DNA of 64,000 nucleotides from Hydrolagus colliei (lineage: Eukaryota), in assembly GCA_035084275.1 (NCBI GenBank), contig CM068742.1, positions 55,986,001-56,050,000 of the forward strand. Direction: 5' to 3'. The number at the start of each line of letters is the position of its first letter. Position 1 is the first letter of the stretch. The notes beneath the pieces are model-generated. The model worked only from the letters and a program-made list of their open reading frames with translations, was not told where the DNA came from and made no database searches. This document shows positions 39,711 through 53,770 of this stretch, one piece after another. A program made the position numbers and the translations under genes.

Positions 39711-40549
39711 TGATACAGCAGCTTTCTTGTTATGAGCACTATGCATCTCAAAGCACTTCATGTGATTTTTGATGTAAAGTGTGGTGACTGTGTATTTTTG
39801 TAGGAGAATGCTTACAATTTACCTTTTAAGAAATCCAGAATGGTTTATAATCTGCATGTTCAATACAATACATTTTTTTTAGACTTTGGTTCAGACTTTG
39901 GTCTGCTTTCCAAGTGCTGAACTAATTCATGTAAAAATATAGGTTTTTCTTCAAATGTAAATACACATTTTAAAAAATAATTTGTTTTATTTTCTGTTAG
40001 AAATCATGCAAGCTTCTCTCAGCTGTTAACCAAGCTGTTCAGCTCTATAATTAGCCACAATAACCTATTTTACAACATGAACCAGAGTCTGATTTCTTAT
40101 CCCTCAATAGCATTGTGGCAGATGGATTATCAGTAAGATTAACATAATACACATTTAAACCAGAAAAGAAAATTTATAGAAATCATTGGCTGTTTTGCTT
40201 GCAAAGGTGGAATTTTTTTTGTGTAATGGACTGTTCATTGAAAATAGATTAACATTGACTGGATACCATCACAAGCTAAGTAAAGAACTAACCTGTTCTC
40301 AAGGGCATTAGCTTATACGTCAAATATTAAAAGTCTGTAATGAAAAAAGGCCTTTTAGCTCATTGACTCCGTCTATTAACTTCCACCCCAGTACATTTTT
40401 CCATCTAATTAAAGTACAGAAAAAGTTTCCATTGCATTTCTTGATGCATTACTCTATATGGCTGGTGTTCCAACACTGTTTTTGTACCATTGTGACAAAA
40501 GTTGAATGACCTTCTAGTACAACAACAGCAAAAAATTATGCTTCAAACA

Positions 40550-40757
40550 AAACACAAAATACTACAGATGTTGGGAATCTGAAACAAAAACAAAAGTTGC
40601 TGGGGAAACTCAGCAGGTCAGGCAGCATCCATGGAAAAAGGAAAAAGAGTCAATGTTTCGGGTCGAAGGGTTGTAGACCCAAAACATTGACTCTTTTTCC
40701 TTTCTCCATGGATGCTGCCTGACCTGCTGAGTTTCCCCAGCTACTTTTGTTTTTGTT
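40550..40757. mobile_element. Palindromic Penelope-like terminal repeat (inverted pair)
   Basis: 82-bp arms 40583-40664 and 40676-40757, 3 mismatches, 11-nt loop; motif ctcagcaggtcaggcagcatc recalled from chondrichthyan Penelope termini. Confidence 0.7.
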
Positions 40758-41195
40758 ACAAAATTATACTTGTTTAGTGCCTTTCAAGTGAGGAGTACAT
40801 CCCAAGGAGCTGGACAGTCATTGTTTCAGATCTGAGCTGGGGTCAGGGATGGGGAGGGAAAGGGGGGAATTGGGATAACCAATGGGACCGTGGAAGAGGA
40901 GGATATTGAGGTGGGACTTAGAGGGGGCGAGGCAGAGAGACTGCAGAATGGAGTTCCAGAGGTTCGGGGCAGAGTGGCTGAAGGCTTACCTGCCAATGGT
41001 AGGGTGGGTGGGTCAGTTGACATAGAGCAGGCTGAGGACATGGAGCAGGCCAGAGCCACCAGAGGACATGGAGCAGGCCGGAGCTAGCTGAGCAGAGCGG
41101 GCTGGTTGGTAGTGGCTTAGGAGGTCGCAGAGGTAGGCTGGGGCGAGGCCAGGGGGAGCTTTGAATGTGAGGATCAGGATGTTGAATTGATTCCT
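40758..41195 (-). mobile_element. L2 LINE 3' end
   Basis: Minus frame FNILILTFKAPPGLAPAYLCDLL; tail complement acaaaattatacttgtttagtgcctttc. Confidence 0.8.
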
Positions 41196-41331
41196 CTGTG
41201 TATATACTATTCCATTAGCTTCTTGAATCACTTCACCACATTGGAAGTGACCCATCTACTGTTTCTTCATGGTTGAATTCTCATCTTCTTCCTTGAATGT
41301 AATTTGGTTCTATTATATGTTTGTTTACTAA

Positions 41332-41638
41332 TCTATATATATAAAAGCCATAGGTATGTTTCCGCAATTGTCTCCTCCTGACGCGGATGGCGCTGTGTCA
41401 AATCTATCTTCTATATATATATAAAAGCCTTAGGTATGTTTCCGCAATTGTAACAATGAACTTCTAAAAGGAAAACAAAAACAAATACAGCTTAAAAACA
41501 ACTAGAAAGAAAAACAACCCAGTGATTAAAGCTCACGATTTCTTTGTAAACAACAGATACATTTTTTTTTAAAGTTTCAAAATATATGAATAAACGTGTT
41601 CAAAAACACTAGGGGATGTTACGCAGGGATATAGCTGG
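41332..41638 (+). mobile_element. Putative non-autonomous Helitron with duplicated 5' end
   Basis: A|TCTATATATATAAAAG start, CTGG|T end; 40-bp 5' block repeated at 41410-41451; 3' hairpin degenerate. Confidence 0.45.
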
Positions 41639-42124
41639 TTGTATGTGTAATCCTTTACATTCATCGGTGTTAAATGAAATGTGCACATGTCACCCAAATG
41701 TGCTCATGCCGGCCCAATTGCATTCTTTTCGTAGCTAATCTGCACAAACAGTGATGAGATGATGGCCAAATTCTACCCAGTTTTCGTTCTGAGGGAGGAA
41801 CATTTGTCAGCTGAACATGTTCCGCACACTTTAAATATAGTGATGTGGGATCTTCAATGGCTCACCTAAACTATGAAAACAGGTGGAAATGATCTATTCA
41901 GGTCGAACGTCTTACAAAGGAAATGACCAGAATTTGGAACTCACTGCCAGAAGCTGTGGTTAAAGTACAAAGCTTCAACCACACCTTCTGTATTTATGAG
42001 AAAACTTGATGCATACATGAGAGATAAGACAACATAGGGGTATGGGAGAGAGATGGGAAGACAAGATTTGGGTGGGAGCAAGCCCATGTCAGTATAACTA
42101 GTAGCCCCAAATCATTATACTGTA

Positions 42125-42465
42125 ATAATAAAATAAAGTTATAGCACCTTTCATGTTGGGAGGATCTCAAAGTGCTTCACAGTAATGTGTGACTGTATTT
42201 TGTAGGCAAACATGTCAGATGTGCATAGCAATAATCCCAATGTCCCACAAATGGCTTTTAAGTAAATTGCCAATTTTATCTGAGAGTTTGTTCACATGGA
42301 TATCAGGAGAAACTCCTTCCGCATTTCAAATAGTGTCATGTAATCTTTGTAATGTTCATCAGAAAAGGCTGCATTGAGGTGCCAACCCAGACTATATGAG
42401 TTCCATTAAGGCTTGGACCCCCAACCTTCTCACTCAGAGGTGAGTGCTACCAACTGGGTCAACAT
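42125..42465 (-). mobile_element. Degenerate Deu-domain SINE
   Basis: Reverse-complement head (cagttggtagcactcacctctgagtgagaaggttgggggtccaagcc) and tail. Confidence 0.6.
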
Positions 42466-43363
42466 GACACAGTCAGACTGATCGGCCTGTTTTGGTGCTG
42501 TTTGGTCTTTGTAATACTATATACAGTAACTAGATCTAAACAGGTTATTTGTAATTGATTATAGAACTAGAGACATGACACAGAAGTTAAATGAAAGTAC
42601 AGTAAATAATGGATTTTGTTTCTTCTTACAAGACAGCATGATGGCAAAATGTACTTTCATCTCTGCAAATTGCTTCAATCTAACAGAATACGAGGGGATG
42701 AAAGTCTCTCTTGTGGCTGTTCAAGGCCTTTTGTTTGAGTGGGTTTTGAAACCAGTTCAAAGTGGATGGAAGTCCACAGTGTAAACCTGCCAATTTGTGT
42801 TGAAATTAATGTAGCTAACCTTGCACTGAAAAGCCTTAAAGATGGTGTTGTGCTAACTAGGACTATAATAGATTTTTGCCAAGATGTGCAGGATGCCCTC
42901 ATCCAATTAGATTTTCTTTTGAAAGTGGCTGTACTTTGAACTGAACATCCAGATTGGCACATTCCAAGCATGTTTCTTCATGTATAAGAAGTGGTATGCC
43001 ACCTCCATTTAAAATTAAAGTCAATTTTCATCCTCTTGCCAAGTAATTATCGTGTTTTATCTTTGGGGTTTATTTTGAGTACTGGAACATGCTGTAAAGA
43101 CTCTTTACAATGTCAGTGTGAAATGGCATACATTTGTAGGACTTGAGACTTTGTAGGACAAATGTCACGAGCCTTTGTCTCATCAGAATTAAATTTTCAT
43201 TCCTTAGATGTTAAGCTTGTTGTAAAAATTCACACACTTCTCCAATGCATTTTTTTTCACTGAAAATGTTTTTTTTGAGCACTGCTGAAACAATTCAACT
43301 TATCTGCAAGATTATATTTGAGAGATGTTTATGAATTGATTTTTTTTAACCCTTTTATCCTAG

Positions 43364-43618
<255 letters not shown>

Positions 43619-45452
43619 TAATGCTCTCATTGCACTAACTATATGAACTTTCTCATTGTATATTTTGATATGAAGTTAAGTCATTCTAAAATATACAGAA
43701 TCATGCAAATGGTGAAAAGTTAACTGTACTATAAGTGGGGTGAGGGGCAGAAAGACCCTTCCCTTAAATGTATTCCCTTCATTTAAAATAATGAATGGTT
43801 TGGGAACGTCATCAGTCTTCCATCCATTTTTTTCATTCATTTTATCATTGGCTTCTTAAATAAGTTGTATTCTGTGACCTCTAGATGTGAGATATTAAAA
43901 CTTGCCTTGGTTTAGTTTTACAGAATTGGATATTCGCAGGAAGTTAAGATATATAATATAATGGTCAGTCAAAAGTATAATAGCTGAATAGGCAATATGG
44001 ATGATCTAAGTCCCATTGCTCCACAGGAGGTCCCTTGATTGGTTGATAAGAGGCTGAGGCTTGATTACTTAGTATTACCACATGAATCATTTATTATTTC
44101 TGATACCTGAGTAGTCAAAATTATTGTTTAATTTTTAAAACAATTTAAGATGTAATGGAAATTCTTAATCCAGCAAACCACACAATATATCACCAGCTAG
44201 AATAAACTGGTCATTTATTTTTTAAAAGGGAAGCATCATGCTTTATTCTCCAAATAAACTAACTTTGGCTAAGATTGCAATTTGTTCCATGCAGCTGGTT
44301 GTGAGCAAGCTGCTGTGGAGAGAAAGCCATCTGAGTTTATTTCCCTCTGTGACGACCATTTAGCCTGTGAGGTAACATTGATGGCTCTGCATAATGGCAT
44401 GTGGAACAGAAGTTTGGTTCAATTTCTCGGTGACAATGCATGTTAATTCTTAAATGTGCAATCTTATAAATTGTTGACCTTATTGTTTTGTTGGTCATTT
44501 TAATGGTTACTTGAATTTCTATTCTAGATCTGTTTTCCTTGTAAACAATCTCCAGTTACCATAATACTGTATTACAAATTTGTTCCTTTGTGTGAAATTT
44601 GCTGAGAGATTTCTGTTTTTTTTAATGTTTTCTAAAAAACAACTGATGTAGAATTTCTTTGTGCTCACAAAAACAATTAATAGATAAGTTATTAATCTAG
44701 GTATGTGAAAATTATGGTATTAATTTGTTTGAACATTAGCTTGAATTTAAGGTAACCATCTACCAGGTGATCTTTCAAGATGTTCTAAAAAAAACTTAAC
44801 AGACATTCAAATTAACAATGTGAGAGATTTAAATTAACATTTGATCATCATCATAAATGACTTGATGGGGTTGTACTCAAAATGTACTATTAAGCTAATT
44901 GACTTAATGTTAACTCCAGTTCTATTCACTCGGCTGCTTCAACCACAAGGCTTTCCTGCCTGACTCACATCAGTGGCACCTTAGGCAATGACCAAATTGA
45001 CTTGCATAGATGCTCACTTCACGTCACATTGCAGGTGCAGAACCTCACTCAATATCTGTGTGACCCCCCAACTCCAAACCTCATATCCAGGCTCTCACCT
45101 GCTCTACCTTCCTTCGCTTCCACAACATAACCCAACTCTTGTCGCTATGTTTTTTCTTCCACCACCAACACCCCCCCTCCCCCCGCCCCACACACACACA
45201 GAGCTACTGAGACCAAACTTTTATGCTGTCTACAGCATGAGACTCCACAAACCCATTACCCCATCTTTGTTCACCTTAAGGGAATGTAATGAGTGTTGTG
45301 AATTTATTTTACGTATCATACAAAGTTGTTTGCAGAAATATTACAAGGTCCTTTGACCAAAAGGTTCAAAGGCTTTCTTCTATATATTTCCAGTATTCCA
45401 TAATTGTATCTTGAAATTATTTTTTGAGGAGCCTTGTCAGAATTGGTCTTAA

Positions 45453-45761
<309 letters not shown>

Positions 45762-46584
45762 TGAAGTTACTCTAGATGTAGTGGTTACTGTATTTGTTAA
45801 TAAAGCATCTTAATTATTGTTTATAATAAAATATTTAGTATTACACCACATGCCTCGTTAGATATTAAAACCTGGATTATTGGATTACAGTCTTAAAGTA
45901 ACTTGTCACGATTTACAATCAAATCCAAAGAATGAAACCACATTTCCAGCAATTACTCAAAGCATAAGATCTTGTATGTACTATAAAACAATGAAAATGT
46001 CTGTGCTGGACAAATTATCTTTTAATAAGAGTATCTCTTAAACAATCTCAGTCGACCAAAGAACTGTTTTTTTTCACTGACGGTTAAGATAGGGTGACCA
46101 CTTTTTCACTGTCCTGCTGCAGTTTTATCATTTCCTGGCAGAAACAAGTGAACCATTATTATCCTGTCAAATCAACAGCTTCTGGAAAAAAAACAGTAAG
46201 CTGAGCCCCTTAGGCACAAAATCAGTTCCCACTAGATGCTCCTAGAAGTAAGAAGAAATAGAGAATTAGCATTTTTATTGCATTTTATATGTCAAAAGTC
46301 TCAAAGTGCTTTAGAGTAATTACTGTTGAATACAATCACGTTTTTCAACAGTCATGAGGTGAATGACTAAATAGTTGGCAACATTGTTTACCAGAATTGC
46401 TGGAGACACTTTATTTCCCTGTTGAAAAGCATCATGGGATCATTAATGCCCATTTGAAGTCAGGCAGACAGTATCTTAGTTTAATGTCTCATTTCTTGGG
46501 CATAGAGATTTCCCAGCAGATGACAAATACAGTATTCGTGCTTCATTCTGTTAACGTAGGAAATCAGTGATGCTGTTCTTAGCC

Positions 46585-46684
46585 ACAAACAAAAACAAAA
46601 GTTCCTGGGGAAACTCAGCAGGTCAGGCAGCATCCATGGAGAAAGGAAAAAGAGTCAACGTTTCGGGTCTACAATCCTTCATTC
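46585..46684 (-). mobile_element. Single Penelope-like terminal repeat copy
   Basis: Nearly identical to one arm of the 40583-40757 palindrome; minus strand aatgaaggattgtagacccgaaacgttgac. Confidence 0.7.
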
Positions 46685-47679
46685 TTTGCCATCATCATTA
46701 ACATCTGCGTAGATGAAATCCATATTTCAGAAAGTAGTAAAATACACATATGCCTCCTATGAAACACAAATTGCATCTAACTGGTTAAAGCTCATTGTTC
46801 AGGATTTATATGTTCATACTATTTTTACAAAAAAAGTACACACACATTGCAAGTTTAGAATAAAGGTTCAATTTGTGCATTCAACCTTTGTGAATTTCCT
46901 GATGTCAGCACCATAAAATATAAACAAGAATTCATGACAAGTGATCATTTTGGGCAGGATTTATTAGTGCTACAACTGTATAATTATGCTATTAAAAGTC
47001 TGTCAACTTCACCTTAACATGACTAAATTGATGTAAACACCCAAGGTGGAGTCTCAGTCAGTTTTCAAGAAAGACAATTATGCAAATATTGTGATGGGCT
47101 GGCTATTCCACAGTTGTAAATGACCTTTGTAGTATTGAGGTTGAAGCAGCTGGATTGATGGCGCACTAGATTTAATCCAAGAAGGTTCAGTAATTTAAAA
47201 CCATAATGAATGAGGCCAATCTTTTTTTGAAGTTTTTTTTTAATCAGTTTTCTGCAGACTTTTTTTGAAAAACAGATGTATTGGAGCCCATTACAACTTG
47301 TTGGGATCCATAAAATCCCAACCTCATTATAAGACACTGTAGCTGATCTCACTGCAAATGATGTGCACTGGCCAGGTTGTGTACTGAAATCATAATGTCT
47401 GCATTCCAGTCATCATGGTAATTGCTTATATCACTTGCTGTGCTGCACATGCACAAACAAAGAAGTGGTCAGTAGTGTCCTGATGATAGAGTTGGCAATT
47501 TTATGATCTTAAAAAATTGTCCTGACTTCCAACTCATTTATGAGTTATCATCAACATAATTTTCTGCTTTGCACATTTGCACATTCATATCACAGAATCT
47601 TACAAAAACAACATTACATTTGCAAACCTCAACACTGCAAAGGTCCAACGTCTCAGAACAGAATAGAAGGAGGCCATGC

Positions 47680-48281
47680 CTCGTCCACCCCCACACTGTC
47701 ATCTGCAGCTTCCCCCAGAGCTCTGTCCTTGCCCCCTACCTTTCAATACCTATATACTCCCCCTTGATGACATTGTCCACAGACATGGGATCAATTGTTG
47801 TCCTGACAGACTGCCTGTCAGATATCAAGAGAGCATGAGAGCTAACTTTATACAGTTGAACGTTAACAAAACGGAAACTTTCCTGATTGGCTTGCGTCAG
47901 CGCCTTCACACATCAGGCACTGGCAGCATCAACCTCCATGGATACACACTCCACCTCACCAAGCAGCCAGGAACCTAGGTGTCTTGTTTGACCTGCTCCA
48001 TGTTACCCAACCATCAGCCACTCTGCCCCTAACCTCTGGGATTCCATCCCGTAGCCCCTCCGCCTCACCCCCTCTCAGCCTCCTCCCCTCCCAGCCTCCT
48101 TCAAATCCCGCCTTAAGACCTTCCTCTTAGACAGTCCCATCGGTCACCCCAAATCCCCTCCCCTCTCTCCACCCTTCCTGTTCCTGACCCCAGCTCGGGT
48201 CTGAATCATTGGCTGTCCAGCGCCTTGGGACGTCCTTCCGATGTGAAAGGCGCTATACGAGTGTAATTTTACTGTTGTTGT
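47680..48281 (+). mobile_element. Internally deleted L2 LINE
   Basis: MRANFIQLNVNKTETFLIG; tail gccttgggacgtccttccgatgtgaaaggcgctatacgagtgtaattttactgttgttg. Confidence 0.8.
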
Positions 48282-48284
48282 GCC

Positions 48285-48730
48285 AGTTCTTTGAAAGAGT
48301 TATGCAACTAGTCCCACTCCTCCATTGTTACCCCACAGTTTTTCCAAGCTTTCCTTTTTAAGTACCTCTCTAATTCCCTTTTGAAAGCCATTATCGAATC
48401 TGCTTCCATCAACCTTTCGGGTAATGCATTCCAGGCCTTAACAACTAATCTATGTCGCCTGGTTACTCATCCACCCACCAGACAAAATTATTTCTTCCTA
48501 TTCACTCTTATCAAAACCCCTCATCATTTTGAACACCTGTGTTAAATTTCCCCTCAACCTTCTCTGCTCTTGGGAGAATAATCCAATTTTCTCAAGTCTC
48601 CACATAATTTATGTCCCTCATCCCTGGTATCATTTTTGTAAATTTTCTCTGAACCCAATGCCCTAACATCCTTCCTAAATTGGGGTGCCCAGAATTGGAC
48701 ACAGTACTCGAGCTGAGACCTAACCAATAA
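48285..48730 (-). mobile_element. Degenerate CR1 3' fragment
   Basis: tctaattcccttttgaaag...tgcttccatcaacctttcgggtaatgcattccag...cccagaattggacacagtactc (minus: EYCVQFW). Confidence 0.7.
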
Positions 48731-49055
48731 TTAGAACTCAATTTGCACAATAAACAAGCGAGGCTGCGTCATTATTAATGTTTTCAATTAAACTGGTTTT
48801 TGGTTTTTGAACCAAACCAAACCAAAAACGTTTGGTTTTCTGGTTTTTGAATACTTGGAGAAGTGATGCTTGTTATTGTGTGATCAATATTACCACCATG
48901 TAGGACTGTAGTTTTTTAGGGGGGAAAATAGAAAATAATCTCTACCATACCATTTTGATATCATTGCTAATCCTGTAGAACTGTAAAGGCCTACCCCAAG
49001 CAGTTATTCCTTGTACAGTATATGTATCTGACCGATTTCTTTTCTTCCTAAATAG

Positions 49056-49232
<177 letters not shown>

Positions 49233-51720
49233 TGAAGTCTCTGGTTCAAAAACTAAAGTTTGACTTTATATTGAGTTATTACGAACTATTCAGTGCTCTT
49301 TTATTTCTGTATGAAGATGCTGGATTCTCCTGTGGAAGAGAATTAAGTTATCCTCTTCCATCTCCCCTTTTGTCTACTAGAAGCAAACATCCTGCAAATT
49401 ATCAAGTATATAAGGAGGTTAAAATTTGGATGAAAAGATTGTAGCGTATAATTTATGCCACCTGGAGAACAGTGTGGGAGAAGATATGGAATGGGGGAAA
49501 CATTGGATTTTACATTACATTGGAATGTATAAAATTGTTACTGCTCCTTTAAAATGTTTGGAAATCAGAACATAAGATACAAATAAAGCCAACATCAATT
49601 AGCATGTTGGTTGCGATAAATGAGGAAATCTTGAGTTAAAATCTATGAAAACATTTTCAATGCTCTCGGTCAACTTTCACTCCACCAGGTGGCAGTCTAT
49701 CCCCTAAGTTAAGTTGCTAAGTGTGAAATTTGTTCTTTCGCCACATTCATATTCTAAGATTTCCTTCAGTGACAGATCTGCAGTATAAATAAGATACCAC
49801 TGTTTACAGTGCCCTGAGTAGCTCTTTATTACTCCAGATTGGACCAATCCCACCCCCACCACCTCCCGCCCAAGATGGTAGGATAAAATGGTCCCTTCTG
49901 TGAGACTAAAATCGACAGGCTGTCGTACCTTTCTAGATGCAACTGGGCTGAACTACAAGTTTACTATTGACTGTGTTCCTCATTCACAACTATTTACAGT
50001 TCAGCACCTCCCAATGTGAAAGGCACTCTGCAAATGTAATTTTTTTGTTGTACATCAAATTCAGTATTTTTGTGTGGTTTTCAGACAAGGTGTTGTTCAG
50101 ACCGGAGGGTATAATTTAGCGCAAGCTAAAAGTTCCTAAAAGTGCCTCAAAGTTCACTGTATACGGTTCAGATGTTTTGTAACTTAATATTGATAAAGGC
50201 TTTTTTCAAATTACAGTAGAGACTTTCAAACTGGGCCCAATCACTGTAATATGTCAACCTTAACTAAAGAGTAATTAAGGTACAAAACTTGAAACTTTCA
50301 AAAACTCTGAAACTTTTAAAGGTGTGACGAGATGGAGCAAAACGTCCTTGTCTTTAGCAGTGATTGAGGGTTTAAACTCTTGCATTCTTGTGAGTCCTTG
50401 TTTGGAATCGATCCCAAAACAACAATGTGAATCACTTGGACAGAATGTATATTTTGAACTTTGTTTTTGAAACTACCTCCATGACGTGATTTTTGGAACC
50501 ACATTTACTCCAGTTGATTCCAAATATTTGAGAGAGGAGGCATATGTGTATTTTACCAATTTCTGAAAGTGTGTTCGACAACAGTGGAATTAAAACCACC
50601 ATACAAAGGCATAAATGTCACCGTTACTGGTGCCCATGGGGAACTCCATGAGGAGAAAGGATAGTTTTTCAAAGTATATCTGTTACCTGATATGTTTTTA
50701 TTTAAAGAAATAAAGACTTTAACTAAAAACACATCAGATAACATGTATTGTTTATTGTTGTAAAAACAAGTTACAACAATAAACAATAGTAACTCAAACA
50801 ATAAAATAAATAGAACAAATGGGTAATGGGGAAAGTGTCACTTTTCCCCCTTTATCCGGTCGAAAAAATGGCTGTGAATATACTTTTCCTAAAGATATGT
50901 TCAGTCGTGTTAAAAAGGACTCCCCCCCCCCCCCCCCCCCCCGCCCCCCATTTTATGTGTGTTATATTGTGTATATATAACTTCTGAAATTATTTTCAAA
51001 ACTATCAGTGTAATAAATTGAAAACTATTTCCAAGACACCATCACATTTCTTGTATATGATTATATCAATATTTGATAATGAAACAAAATACATTACTTT
51101 CTGGTTTCCTCAAAAACGAAATCTAATTGAACTGTTGTATAGCTTACCTCACCCAGCTTCTGGCTGACAACCTCTGCTAATATCTGTTTTCAAAAAATAA
51201 TCAGGGCGCTTGAGAAGAGCATTTAAAAAAAAAATTATGCTGCAAGAGTGTGCCTGACATCAAATTAAAATGGTTTAATTCCATAGCCAAACTTTCCTTT
51301 CAGTTAACCTGCAGATCATTTCACCAGTTGGTGTAGTAAATGCTGACATAGTTGAAGCCCTTCATCAAAACATCTATTGGGTGATAGATTTGCAGTATGA
51401 AAAGAAAAAAATGTAAATACAATCCTGAAACAGGACGTTAATTGAAGGGGTTTTAAAATTGGACTGATTGAAATTCCTGAATTAAAGGGTTTATCAAAGC
51501 TACCAGAGTTGTTAGATGTCAAAATAATTTTCTGGGATGATGTGAGGGGTAGACAAGAAGGATCAATGATCTATGCCTGCATGAAAGTGTTATTGTGTTG
51601 ATTGTTAGCTGGCTGGATTGTTGACCTTCACACTCCTATATTACATTAACACTTATCGTGCCATTGTTAGCCAATAGTGTAGTACATGGCAGCTCCATGA
51701 CTTGTTTTTTGTTTCCCCAG

Positions 51721-51788
51721 ATAGAGGAAATGACAACTGGTTAATTAAGTATGAGAAGCCAGAAGCCAGAAACGAATCACCTGACAAG
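51721..51788 (+). CDS. PI4K2B: PI4K2B coding exon 5
   Basis: (D)RGNDNWLIKYEKPEARNESPDK; 68 nt; ccccag acceptor, AAG|gtagca. Confidence 0.95.
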
Positions 51789-52691
51789 GTAGCATGCTGA
51801 ACATTCACCTTTTTTATTTTTCATAATGTATTAAATCCCAGACAAAAGTAGCATCCAGTTGCGTGTTGGTACGTGGCTTGTGTAACATAGCTTCCAGAAA
51901 ACAATACTGCTTGAGTTTTCTTACCTGTGATTTGTATGCAAAATAGAATGCATACGTCAAATCCACTCGGTCCTTCTGAAGGACTGTGGTGTTTGTTCAC
52001 ATATGTGATTCTGTGTTTGAATTGGATGGTTTATGTCATTTGGGGAAAAAAAATTAACAATTATTAATATTGACTCAAGGCAGTTAGACATTTGGGCATG
52101 TATAACTTGATTATGTGCTAAGGACTAATATTGAGTCTTGGCTTATATAGTTTAGAGGCAAACATCAATTTGGCAGCTGAAGCAAAATGTTTTAAAATGA
52201 CTCGTTAATTCCTGCAATTGGCACTTTATCTGTAAAAGTGATGCTAACAGAACGTGTCTGCCATTACTTAAGATTGTTTAGTGAAAGTTGATTGACTTTG
52301 TACTCAAATCTGTACCAAATCTTTGCTGGATTGATTTGTTTAAATCCCTAAGGCCAATTTGTGATTTGTAAAATTCTCCGCCAGCATTTGTTTTCCATGT
52401 TTTTTTGACTTGTTCCCTATAGTCCAAAAAAGATTAACAAATTTTAATTTGAACATCCTTTTCACTTTAAGAATTTTCAAGACTATAATGCACAAGCTGG
52501 AAAATTGTTGTGCATTTGAGTTTCTATTTGCTTAACAGGAATCTACTTAAGCAGAAATGACATTTACAAATGATATGGCCTCTTCTAATCCTTTTTATAT
52601 GAAGTGCCTATAATTCTATACAGATATTGTTAACAGATCGAGGCTCTGTGTAGGAAAGCAATAACCGTTAAAATCCTATTCTGTTTTATAG

Positions 52692-52829
<138 letters not shown>

Positions 52830-52929
52830 TAATGTGCTGTGAAATCACAAAAGACCTATTACTAGTATTGTTTATGTAGGATTGTTATTGTATCTTTGAA
52901 ATTGTAATATATTTTACATATTTCTTCTT

Positions 52930-53300
52930 ATTCGCCCACAAATATAGTCAGTTTTTCTGCTCTCCTTCCCTCTACCCCGGCCCCTCCCATTATCCTCTTT
53001 TCCCCCTTTTTCCCCAAACCCCCTTCCGCGACTGTTTGTGGGACACTGTTGTGCGCAATTTGGCTGCCGGGTTTCTCCCACAAATATACAGTCAATTTTC
53101 CTGCTATCCTTCCCCCACCCACAACCCCTCCCCCACCCTGCTCTGATCTCTACCTCTTCTCCCCCCTTTCTTCCCTCTCTTCTTCTCCCTCCCTCCCCGC
53201 TCTGGTCCCAACCTTGGGGCGTTGTTGTATTCTGTGAAGCGCTTTGAGACGTTAAGACGTGCAAGAGCTATATAAATGTAAGGATTAATATTATTATTAC
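52930..53300 (+). mobile_element. Rearranged SINE 3' part with pyrimidine-rich inserts
   Basis: cccacaaatat...agtca repeated twice, C/T-rich inserts, tail tattctgtgaagcgctttgagacg. Confidence 0.6.
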
Positions 53301-53459
53301 ATCTTGTGAAATGTTTTGCTTACGATTCAAGTTCCTTCTCCCCTATCCTTTATCACCACCCTACCCACCCATTCTTATTTTCCCCCTTATACACACATAC
53401 ACAGAGCATTCTACTATGCAAAGGTTTCTGTGACTGACTAAGCTGTTGAGTTCTTCAGT

Positions 53460-53770
53460 CAACAACAACAAAATTACATTTGTATAGTGCCTTTCACATC
53501 AGGAGGATGTCCCAAGGTGCTGAACAAACATGTTTCGGACCTGGGGGTTGAGATCGGGGAGGGTGGGGGTCAGTGGAGGAAGGAGAATGACCGAAGGCAT
53601 GTTCCACAAGGAGGGTTTTGAAAGGGGTCTTGAAGGAGGCAAGGGAGGAGACATGGTGGAAGGACTGCGGGATGGAGTTCCAGAGAATAGGGGGCAGATT
53701 GGCTGAAGGCCCGCCTGCCTATGGTGAGGCGGGAGAGGCAGAGGACATGAAGTAGGGAGGGAGCAGACAG
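53460..53770 (-). mobile_element. L2 LINE 3' end
   Basis: aacaacaacaaaattacatttgtatagtgcctttcac...gggatggagttccagag. Confidence 0.8.

Noticed and set aside
50921-50949. Poly-C run; also short duplications at 9378-9415 and 55066-55108
   Set aside because: Simple slippage repeats with no further structure
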